64,000 nt of DNA from Andalucia godoyi And28 (lineage: Eukaryota; Protista; Jakobida): positions 140,292 to 204,291 of the forward strand of contig VRVR01000011.1 of NCBI GenBank assembly GCA_009859145.1, read 5' to 3'. Under the pieces are notes generated by a model that was not told where the DNA came from, did not search any database, and saw nothing but the letters and a program-made list of their open reading frames with translations. The position numbers and the translations under genes were made by a program. The stretch's first letter is position 1. Each line of letters opens with the position of its first letter. Below, one piece after another: positions 42,068-50,686 of the stretch.

Positions 42068-44590
42068 ATGGCGGCTCGAGCTCTGCGAAAACAGCGTGAA
42101 ATTGCAGAAGGCGCAACTACATATACATCAAACAAGAAGCGATCAAAAGACGCAGATGTTCCAAATGTGCCTGTTGCAGAGGAAGAAACATTGTCCATTT
42201 CACCGGAAGAAGATGATATGGTTACTGCACGCGGAAGCACGTCGTTGTTTTCGCTGTTGAGAAATCAGGAGGATGAACTAGTGGACGTCAGCGAAGACGA
42301 AAGCGAGAATGACGCAGAAGGAAGCAGGACGGAGTCATTAACTGCAAAGTCAAAGAAGAGCGATGGTCACAGGAAGAATAAGAAGGGTAGCGAAAAGGGA
42401 AAGGACAGGGGCAGGGGCAGGGGCACAGGGGTGAAGCAGGAGCCAGGAAAGAGAAAACAAGGATCTGCACGTCCTTCTGTCGAGGAAGCCTCTCAATGGA
42501 GCGCTGGGAATCGAAGTACTGCAAAGGATGCCGATGACACGGATGACGCCCTGCAATTGGGGGAAGACGGTTCCGACGATGAGGAATTCGACAGGGTGCT
42601 GAGCTCGATGAACATGCATGCTGTTGGCGGGGCACCAGGTCTGGGGCAAGCTGGTGGGGAGATCGGTGTTGTCAAGTTGGCGACATCGGTGTCGATCGAT
42701 TCGAGATATCTGTATCCCGAGAAGGAATTGAAATCCAAGTTTGGTGATGCAAGTATCGGTTTTCGAGAAACATCGGAAGCTGCGAATGAACACCTCCCTT
42801 CGGCGATTTTGTATGGATCGACACTGGAGGAAACCATCGCAATGCGTAGGATCCTCAATGATGCGCATGCGCCCCAGAAGCGACGGGGCGTCATGGTGCG
42901 GAACCCAAAGTTTGTGAGGCCCAACATGTCTTGGCCGGCGCTGCTTGAGCACGGATTCCGATTTGTGAATTTGAGTAGGTTGTCTGGCTCGCGGAAGGAC
43001 GCTTCTGCATCCTTTGACATCTCGGACACAGAAATGACAGAAATGAAGGCTCGGTGGGATCGTGACGAGCTTCTGCGGTCTTTGATTGAGAAGGACAAAT
43101 CGTGTGGGTCCATGGACCAGCTGCAAGTGTGGACCATGATTCCATCTGCAGAGACGAAGCGGCTGCAGCCGGCGTTGGATGAGTGCATTGCGAGTGGAGA
43201 TCCCAATGCTCTTGTTACGTTTGTCTCCATGCACCAGCCGTACAATGTGGATGCGAATCTACGCATTGCTTCGTTCTTGTCCACCGTTGCGGCGCAAGCA
43301 TCGGATGCCATTCCATTCATGGACAGGGCCCTTTTGGCACTGGAGTCAGCTGCGTCCGCGTCAAGATTTGATGTCTGCTCTCGACCGCTACGATCTGTGC
43401 TTCCCTATGACTGCTTCCCCAATAGCAGATCGTTTCACATTGCGCTCTGTCGCCACGCGCAATCTCTTGCGAAGCGAGCTTGTGTGAAAACCGCGCTCGA
43501 GGTTTCAAAGTATCTTTATATGCTGGATCCGTCGGACCCCACGTACGCACTGCTTTCGATGGATTGGTATGCAATGCGTGCTTCGGCGTTTGATTTTATT
43601 GTCGATTTTGAGCGAGATGTGTTGCGTGCCAGATATGCCCCTCTGTCGTATCTTCCCAACTGGGTATATGCAGTTCCATATGCGACTTTCAAGCTGCTTT
43701 ATGCGCAAAGGAAACCGCAAGGGGCTGCAGTGGACAGCGACAGCAGCAGCTCCAACGCCAACGACCTGACGTTTGCGGGTGCCAGATCTGCACTTCGTCG
43801 GGCATTGATATTGTATCCCTACGTATTTCACGTGTTTCTGCAATCCTGCGTGCCATCGCTGTTCACACGTGAGGCAGATCGCGAGGCGTTCAAAAAGCTT
43901 CTTTCTTCCGTTCTCTTTGATCGTGTTGTGTCTCGCGAATGGATGCTGTTCCAGCGTATTGTATCTTCATTTTCTTCTCGAATTCTCGATGCTTGGAAGC
44001 GGGATGAAGAGTGGCTTTCTTTCCTCGTGCAAGAGGCGCTGTCCGTGTCTGTCGAATTCGACAGCTATCAGCACACTCGCCGCCAGGGCTCTCGTCATTC
44101 CGGGACCTCAGTACTCGATCAGTATCTGGAGGAGCGCACTGTACTCGAGAAAGACATCGAGGCCTGCTCCGTCCTCTTCCTCCGTTATGCGACGGTCACG
44201 TCCGACTCGGTGCAGGCTCATTTCGAGCCAGTTCCAGAAGATCGATCCGTCCTCTCTCTCTTAGAACGCGGCCGCAACTCCGCGTCTCTCTTCTCCCCGT
44301 CATCCTCTGGGAATCCGACCGATACGGGGTCGTCTTCTGCAGCGCACGACGTCAGGATGGCCGGCTCCACTTCCACGGAAACCGACAGAATTGCGTCCGA
44401 ATGGATCCACTCGGAGCTGCACGGAACAGGGACCGGCGGAGTGCGAGAGTCCGTTCGACGGGGCATCTCGTTGATTCGCGCGTTTGCTTCGTCCATGATG
44501 CCATGGAACACCATGGACGAGCGAGCGGTGCACGCCTTGGCTCTGTTTCACGAGTTCCAACGGCAGTTCCATACTCGACTGTATGAGTAA
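42068..44590 (+). CDS. TCF25: TCF25/Rqc1 ribosome quality-control factor (DUF654)
   Basis: N-terminal MAARALRKQ, QPYNVDANL, DRALLALE, KRACVKTALEVSKYLYMLDPSDP, YLPNWVYA, ALRRALILYP. Confidence 0.9.
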   Translation: MAARALRKQREIAEGATTYTSNKKRSKDADVPNVPVAEEETLSISPEEDDMVTARGSTSLFSLLRNQEDELVDVSEDESENDAEGSRTESLTAKSKKSDGHRKNKKGSEKGKDRGRGRGTGVKQEPGKRKQGSARPSVEEASQWSAGNRSTAKDADDTDDALQLGEDGSDDEEFDRVLSSMNMHAVGGAPGLGQAGGEIGVVKLATSVSIDSRYLYPEKELKSKFGDASIGFRETSEAANEHLPSAILYGSTLEETIAMRRILNDAHAPQKRRGVMVRNPKFVRPNMSWPALLEHGFRFVNLSRLSGSRKDASASFDISDTEMTEMKARWDRDELLRSLIEKDKSCGSMDQLQVWTMIPSAETKRLQPALDECIASGDPNALVTFVSMHQPYNVDANLRIASFLSTVAAQASDAIPFMDRALLALESAASASRFDVCSRPLRSVLPYDCFPNSRSFHIALCRHAQSLAKRACVKTALEVSKYLYMLDPSDPTYALLSMDWYAMRASAFDFIVDFERDVLRARYAPLSYLPNWVYAVPYATFKLLYAQRKPQGAAVDSDSSSSNANDLTFAGARSALRRALILYPYVFHVFLQSCVPSLFTREADREAFKKLLSSVLFDRVVSREWMLFQRIVSSFSSRILDAWKRDEEWLSFLVQEALSVSVEFDSYQHTRRQGSRHSGTSVLDQYLEERTVLEKDIEACSVLFLRYATVTSDSVQAHFEPVPEDRSVLSLLERGRNSASLFSPSSSGNPTDTGSSSAAHDVRMAGSTSTETDRIASEWIHSELHGTGTGGVRESVRRGISLIRAFASSMMPWNTMDERAVHALALFHEFQRQFHTRLYE

Positions 44591-45936
44591 ACGAAAAGAA
44601 AACAAGACCATTCAGCATGTTCAGTGTGTATGAGCAATCTGAGCGAGCAGATGGGAACCCGAAGAAAAAAAGGGGGAGGGAAGAAGCAAAGTCCGAGGGG
44701 GCCGCGTGCTTCTTTTTTTGGTATGTTGAACCTCGGCACTCGCACGAATTGGCAATCGAAGACAGCAAAAGAAGAAAAGACAGTCGAAGAGAACCAGAAG
44801 AGCCAGAATCAAAAAAAAGTGCGTGGCTGGGAAAAGATGTCGCTTTCCTCTCCTCTCCATGATTCATCGAATCTTCCCATAATTTTTTTGTTTGCTTGGG
44901 GGAGGGGGGCCAAGTGGGCAGCGAGGGGAACATCGCCCAAAACCGGAACGGAGTGTGTTTTGCTCCGACAGCAGTTCAACATGGAAGCCGACATGTCGAC
45001 CGAAAAAAGTGTTGTTCCGACACCAGCTGATTTTGACAGATTTCCCGCAAATCAACGAAAACAAAAAAAGAAGGAGAAGAGAGAAGTTGATGCCCATCGC
45101 TCGAGACTCGAGACTCGAGACTGGACCTCTTTTGAGTCGGACATAAGTATTTGGACACTATTTTTTCGTTTTGGCCAGCTTCTGTTCACATCTTCGTTTA
45201 TGGTTTTCTCCTTATTTTCTATTTCTTTCTGCATTGCTTCCTTTCATACTTCAGTTTCAGTCTCTGTTGCTAGATGCCTTTGGTCCTTTCCCTCTGCTCT
45301 TGTTTCTTCATCATCTCATAAGCACTTTTTGTTTTAAGTATAGTTTTTTTTCATTCAAAAAGAAAAGAAGAAGAAAAATACTTTGATTACCAGTCGTGTA
45401 GAGAATCCATCAAGACGGGAACCGAATCTTCTTTCCTCTTCTTCTTGTCAAAAAGAGAAAAAAGAACAACAGCAACAAAATACACTTCACCAAAAACAAA
45501 CAGGTTTGGGTGAGGGGAAAACTCGCGGATCTGTGTGTTTTCCTCGGTTTTTTCCCCAATATTTTTGTTCGATTTGGCTTTTGCTAGTTTTTGTCAGGTT
45601 TTTCATCTTCATTTTTGTATTGCGTGCTTTATTTTCTTTTTTGTTTGGTTTTCTTTGGTGTCAAAATATCAACAACCGGTGTTCGAAGTTTTTGTCCTTT
45701 GTGTGCGTGCGTGTGTTTGTTTTTGTTTGTCTGCAGGTTGGTTGGTAGAGTATACATAGTTTTTTGGGCGTATTTTTTGTGATTTTGATTTGAATTTTGG
45801 TGTTTAGCATCGTTTGCTCTGTACCTAATATTGTCTGTGGGTTTCGTTTGATTGTTGTAGTATTTTTTAATTGTTTGTGTGTGTGGGTGAGACAGAAGAG
45901 AAGAGAGAGAGAGAGAGAGAGAGAGATATTTGAATC

Positions 45937-48867
45937 ATGAGTGATCGACCACAGAACGATTCTTTATTCTCAGTAGCATTTCCATCGTCATCATCGTCGT
46001 CGGCGTCGGCGTCGTCGCTGCAAATGCATCTGCCTGGAGTCTCGAGGTCATCGGACGGCGGTCTTTCTGCGAACGCCGCCGCTCCTTTTGATGCTTTCGG
46101 ACACCCTGTTCCGATGCCTGGCGTGTACTCGCCATTCGGATCACGCAATCCGTCGCCAACTGTTGCGTCTCCATCGTCTGTGTCTTCAAGCTCCAACTCT
46201 TATCGGAACAACATTAACAACCGCCACTCTGCGCCGGCTTCGTCTGTGGCTCCAATTTCAGACGAGATTGCAGTGTCGTTGGAATATCTTAATTTGCGAA
46301 ACCCGCGCTATTCGCTCCAGCAGCAACATGAGGCATCGACGGCTTCTGCGCTTTCACAAATGTTTCAAGGCAGTGGTGCTGGTCAACAAACTTTCAGAAG
46401 CAGCAACAGTCGCCGCTCGGGTGTGTTCAATTCGCTGGCCGAGCACGAATTGGACAGTGGAAAGTTTCATCCTCAGTCCCTGCAGTTCCATATTCCTCAG
46501 CAACAGTCGCTTCCACAACAACAACAACAACAACAACAGTATTCACACATTTCGAACAATGGTGGATCGTTCCACTTGCCACAAATGCATGCGCAGTCTC
46601 ACGGTCCAGGAAATGGAAATGGATATAATGGCACGGGCTTGTCCTTGTCGTCCTCATCCTCTCCTACAATGACTGTGGCAACGTCCTCGGGTTCTTCCAC
46701 GACCAACCTATCATCGCTGATGACCACGGCCTCGGCTATTCTGGCGTCAGCCACGGCTGCTTCTTCATCCCAAGTGTTCGCAACTTCTATGGCGACAAGC
46801 GGTAACGGAAGTAATAATAGTAACAGTGTCAATACCCACCACAATAGTAGCAGTAGTATCAGTAGTCACAATAGTGGTAACAGTAATAGCGGCGGCGGCG
46901 GCGGCGGAAATACTTCAAATGCTTCGGCGGTCTTCCCGTCGCGCACACTGTTTATCAGATTGCCGGATCCGCCAAGTCGGATTCCTAGTGACTCAGAGTA
47001 TGCTTCATTGTTCGCATCTTTTGGTTCCTTGCGGGGGTTGTACACGGAATGGAGGCAGCACGGATTTTTGCTAGTGTCATATTTCGACATTCGATCGTCC
47101 GAGCGCGCCTTGTCTGCGGTAATGGAGCGACTGGATCTTGCTGCTGAAGTTAGGTTCTCGCTTCCTGTAACGTTGTTCGACGAGGAGAGGCAGCAGGGGA
47201 CGCTCGTTGTGTTCAACTTGGACCCTCAGATTCCAGCTGATGATCTGATGCGATTATTTACGCAATTTGGACCGGTTCGCGAGGTGCGGAGCACTCCAAA
47301 CAAGTCGCACCAGCGATTTGTAGAATATTTTGACACACGGAATGCGGATCGAGCCATGCAAGAGCTCAACAAGAGAGAGGTATGTGGAAGGAAATTGAAA
47401 ATTGAGCCTTCGCACCCCGGTGGATCCAGAAAGGAACACATGGAACAGTTTAACAGGATGCTCCTGGGACTACGGCAAAGCCGTTCGGCGCCGTCGTCGC
47501 CTCGGAACAGTATTGTTTCATCTGACGTAGCCCCTGGTACATCTGGGCTGTGCAATAGTACTGGCAATGGAGGTGGTAATCTACAACAGCAACAGCAACA
47601 GCATCAACAGATTCAGGCTCTCGCAGCTCATTTTTCGAGTTTGCTTGCTGTGTCGTCGGCAGCTCAAACATCCAGCCAGTACTCTTCTCTTCCAGCTTCT
47701 CAATCTCAGTTCCAACAGTATCCCCAGTTCCACCATCATCATCATCATCAACAACAACAACAACAACAACAACAACAGCAGCAGCAGCAGCAGCAACTTC
47801 ATACCCAACACGTTCATCCCAGTTTGGTTTATCCAAATCGACATTCGAACCCGAATACTCGAACAGCATTTCCATATGGAGTTTCGTGGGGTCTTTCAGT
47901 GGACGTCGCTCCTACTCTTCTTTCTCCATCTTCTTCCAACGGCTCGTTGCCGCTGGGAAACTTTGGAAGTGGAAGCTCTTTGTCTGCAGCTGGCGGATTG
48001 CTTTCGAACTCCGGTCCTAGCGACATTTCAAAGTTGCTTGCGACAGGTATAATGATCCCCAGTGCTTCGAGTACTCGGTCTGCTTCGCCCTCTGGCGATG
48101 ATCAGCAAATGTATGCTCCAAATACGACGATCAATCCGGTTTTTGGTGCCAATCTGCCTTCTGCTGTTGGACAGCAGGTGCAGCAGCTTCAAAATTCTTC
48201 TAGCCACATGTTGAATTCCTCAAATCCGTTGTATTTACAATCTCCTTCTCACTATCAACAGCACCATGTGTCGATGCAGGGTGGCCAGCAGCATCATCAC
48301 CATCACCACAGCCACCATCAACCACAGGTGCATCATCATTTCCAGCAGCAGCAACAGCACGGAAGTCTTGCGCTATCGTCTGGCGGAATGATGCACTCCA
48401 GCCAGCCACGAACTCCATCGCCGCAGTTCCAAATACAGATGGACCAAGTGTTGTGCGGGAACGACATTCGCACGACGGTTATGCTTCGTAACATCCCGAA
48501 CAAGTACACGCGAGACATGTTGTTGGAAGACTTGGATATGCAATTCCGATGCACGTTCGATTTTCTTTATCTTCCCATGGATTTCCAGAATGATTGTAAC
48601 ATGGGTTATGCGTTTCTCAACTTCATTGCACCGACAACCATTGTGCCATTCTTCCAAGCGTTCCACGGCCGTCGCTGGAATCGATTCAATTCTGAAAAGA
48701 TTGCAGAAGTGACGTACGCGAAAATTCAGGGAAAGCAAGCGCTTATCGAGCACTTCAAAAAGTCCAATGTTATGCTCCAGAACACCACCTACCGCCCATT
48801 ACTATTCCATTCCACTGGTCCTCAACAAGGTTTTCCTGAGCAGTTCCCCGGGAATCTTCTGAAATAG
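45937..48867 (+). CDS. MEI2: Mei2-like RNA-binding protein (two RRMs plus C-terminal Mei2-type RRM)
   Basis: PSRTLFI, SYFDIR, QGTLVVFNLD, FVEYFDTR, RTTVMLRNIPNKYTR, FDFLYLPMDFQNDCNMGYAFLNF; poly-Q/H/S tracts. Confidence 0.93.
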   Translation: MSDRPQNDSLFSVAFPSSSSSSASASSLQMHLPGVSRSSDGGLSANAAAPFDAFGHPVPMPGVYSPFGSRNPSPTVASPSSVSSSSNSYRNNINNRHSAPASSVAPISDEIAVSLEYLNLRNPRYSLQQQHEASTASALSQMFQGSGAGQQTFRSSNSRRSGVFNSLAEHELDSGKFHPQSLQFHIPQQQSLPQQQQQQQQYSHISNNGGSFHLPQMHAQSHGPGNGNGYNGTGLSLSSSSSPTMTVATSSGSSTTNLSSLMTTASAILASATAASSSQVFATSMATSGNGSNNSNSVNTHHNSSSSISSHNSGNSNSGGGGGGNTSNASAVFPSRTLFIRLPDPPSRIPSDSEYASLFASFGSLRGLYTEWRQHGFLLVSYFDIRSSERALSAVMERLDLAAEVRFSLPVTLFDEERQQGTLVVFNLDPQIPADDLMRLFTQFGPVREVRSTPNKSHQRFVEYFDTRNADRAMQELNKREVCGRKLKIEPSHPGGSRKEHMEQFNRMLLGLRQSRSAPSSPRNSIVSSDVAPGTSGLCNSTGNGGGNLQQQQQQHQQIQALAAHFSSLLAVSSAAQTSSQYSSLPASQSQFQQYPQFHHHHHHQQQQQQQQQQQQQQQQLHTQHVHPSLVYPNRHSNPNTRTAFPYGVSWGLSVDVAPTLLSPSSSNGSLPLGNFGSGSSLSAAGGLLSNSGPSDISKLLATGIMIPSASSTRSASPSGDDQQMYAPNTTINPVFGANLPSAVGQQVQQLQNSSSHMLNSSNPLYLQSPSHYQQHHVSMQGGQQHHHHHHSHHQPQVHHHFQQQQQHGSLALSSGGMMHSSQPRTPSPQFQIQMDQVLCGNDIRTTVMLRNIPNKYTRDMLLEDLDMQFRCTFDFLYLPMDFQNDCNMGYAFLNFIAPTTIVPFFQAFHGRRWNRFNSEKIAEVTYAKIQGKQALIEHFKKSNVMLQNTTYRPLLFHSTGPQQGFPEQFPGNLLK
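47734..47796 (+). repeat. (CAT)n(CAA)n(CAG)n coding poly-His/poly-Gln tract in the Mei2-like gene
   Basis: Directly visible. Confidence 0.85.
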
Positions 48868-49071
48868 GTTTTTGTTTTTGTTTTTTGCTTTCGTTTTCAT
48901 TTTTGCGAGTTTTGTTTGTTTATTGGAGACAGGTCAATTGCACGTCATTTATCATTATTGCCAACATGTAGTTCTATCCATTTCTATCACTTATTTCATC
49001 ATGTGTTTTTTGTTTGTTGTTTTTGCTTTTTGTGGCTTTGTGCGTATGCTCCCGACACTTCTCCTTGTTTC

Positions 49072-49370
49072 GCCTACATTGTCCGTTAAACATGAGCTAC
49101 TCATTGCTGACAACCCATACATGCACTCTTGCAATCCGAACAGAATGTGAATTCAATTCAGTAGGCGGCGGGCCCCGGTACGCCGAGGCGCTCCTCAAAT
49201 GGATTTTTTTAATTAAATTTATTGTTTGTACGCACCACCATTCCAGTCTCGGTCCAGGCGGGCTGATGTGAATGGGAAAAAAGACGAACGGAAGAATAGC
49301 ATTGTCTGAAATTTGTGGGTGAGTGGGGGTAAGAGTGGGTTGTGAAAGCGTAAGAAGTTTGGGGGACATA
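49072..49370 (-). mobile_element. Family A element, copy D (degenerate)
   Basis: Minus strand encodes LDRDWNGGA (49237-49254), then GCCTAC (49161-49166), TGCATGTATGGGTTGTCAGCAATG (similar to A and B) and terminal CAATGTAGGC. Left boundary uncertain. Confidence 0.75.
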
Positions 49371-49561
49371 TCTTGAAAAAGAGATGGAGTGTGGTTTGCT
49401 TACATCAAGGCAAGAGAATGTCATTGCCTGAATGATGACCCATTCTTTCATTCTGCTGTTAAAAAAACACTAATTGTGTCTTTTACATGTTTAATATAAT
49501 GCTGCTTTGCGAGCGACGGCTATCGAGCCTGTGACTGTTGCATTACGAAGCCGCTTTCTTG

Positions 49562-49931
49562 CCGCTCGCCAAAAACATGGATCATTACTGATCATCGGCT
49601 AAGCTGTCACGGCAGACAGATCCAAGTCACATGTTTTGTGTTTATTGGAGGGGCGAGCACCAACTCTTCAATGCAGATTGCTCTGCATCAAGGGGTCATC
49701 GCTTCTTCTTCTTGCTCTCGGCCTCCGACGAGAGGGGATCAACGGTTTTCTTGGTTCTCAGTGTTTGTTGGAGAGATCCCTCTTTGGAGCCATGATATGC
49801 TTTGTCTTTGATGAAAGATGCTGTTTGAGGGCTCGATTATAATAATGAGAGACAAACAGAAGATGGTAGAGAGAAGGGAAAATGTGAAAGAATGAAAGAA
49901 ATTTATAGACTAGACTACGATAGGAAAATCG
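49562..49931 (-). mobile_element. Family X element, copy X2 (370 bp)
   Basis: Both ends match 61975-62167; internal ORF remnant (MAPKR..RTKKTV..ESKKKKR) matches X1; TATAAAT near the left end. Confidence 0.75.
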
Positions 49932-50028
49932 CGTCTCCATAGGGTTAGATGAACCAGCTCCTGGTATGAGGTTGCTTGTTCAATGTTTCATACAACAAAA
50001 AAAAACCGTCAACCATCAATCTTTCGAC

Positions 50029-50440
50029 GCCTACATTATGCACTGAACATGCATATCTTTTCGTAGATATGCATACTCAGTCTTGCATCCCGTTGCCGGG
50101 AAGGGGGTAGGCCCCAACACGCCTCACGGCATTCTTCAGATAGATGTTCCGCGCTCCGTTCCCAATCTCGATCAATCGGTGAGCCACTTTCTCAGCGTGG
50201 CACGTTGCTCCTGAGAAGGGTGCATTTTGATGCTGACGGCCCTAGCAGCAGGCGCTTTCGTGTCCTCAGTTGCAGCGATTGATGTACCTGGAGATACGAG
50301 AGGAAGAGGCGGCAGGCGTAGTGACACGTGGTCTCTTAGGAGGTCTGCGGGACCTAGGAGGCCCTGTATCGGGCGGCGTAGGCGTAGGCGAATGCGTCAT
50401 CCCAGCGCGCTCACGCCCATATTTGAATTAATAAAGTGGA
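50029..50440 (-). mobile_element. Family A Fanzor2-derived element, copy C (N-terminal HTH fused to C-terminal RuvC-III)
   Basis: MTHSPTPTPP..PPKRPR (NLS-like), frameshift, RAVSIKMHPSQEQRATLRKWL (HTH_OrfB-like), deletion, IDRDW/NGARNIYLKN; then GCCTAC, a 16-bp hairpin (50043-50080) and AATGTAGGC. Left boundary uncertain. Confidence 0.88.
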
Positions 50441-50686
50441 ACCAACGAATGATAGAATAGATGGCTACGGATGTTGCGTTAAAGAGTGTCAGGGCCTGTG
50501 TCACCGGCTGAATTTTGGCCGAGCGTGTGTAAGCACGAATTCCCCTGTGAAGCAAACGTGCTGGTGTCGGCCAGTATTGACCGTGTCTGTTTATGTACAC
50601 TTTCCTTCTGTATGCATGACAATAACGTGTTTTTATTTGACGGTCCTTTCTCATACCCAAGTACATACAGACCTCCACAGCTGCAA

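Noticed and set aside
44624-45337. 237-aa plus-strand ORF upstream of the Mei2-like gene
   Set aside because: Low-complexity A-rich then T-rich translation with no domain; more likely regulatory or UTR DNA, though not excluded.
49072-50440. CRISPR array interpretation of the clustered repeats
   Set aside because: Units are long, diverged, of two families and carry nuclease remnants; there are no short identical direct repeats and no cas genes.
50486-50686. N-terminal extensions in the ORF track (IGHMBP2, and likewise TCF25, MED4, SETD7, WD40, ceramidase-like)
   Set aside because: They begin at non-ATG codons or run through T-rich or A-rich UTR-like sequence; downstream ATGs fit the families better.
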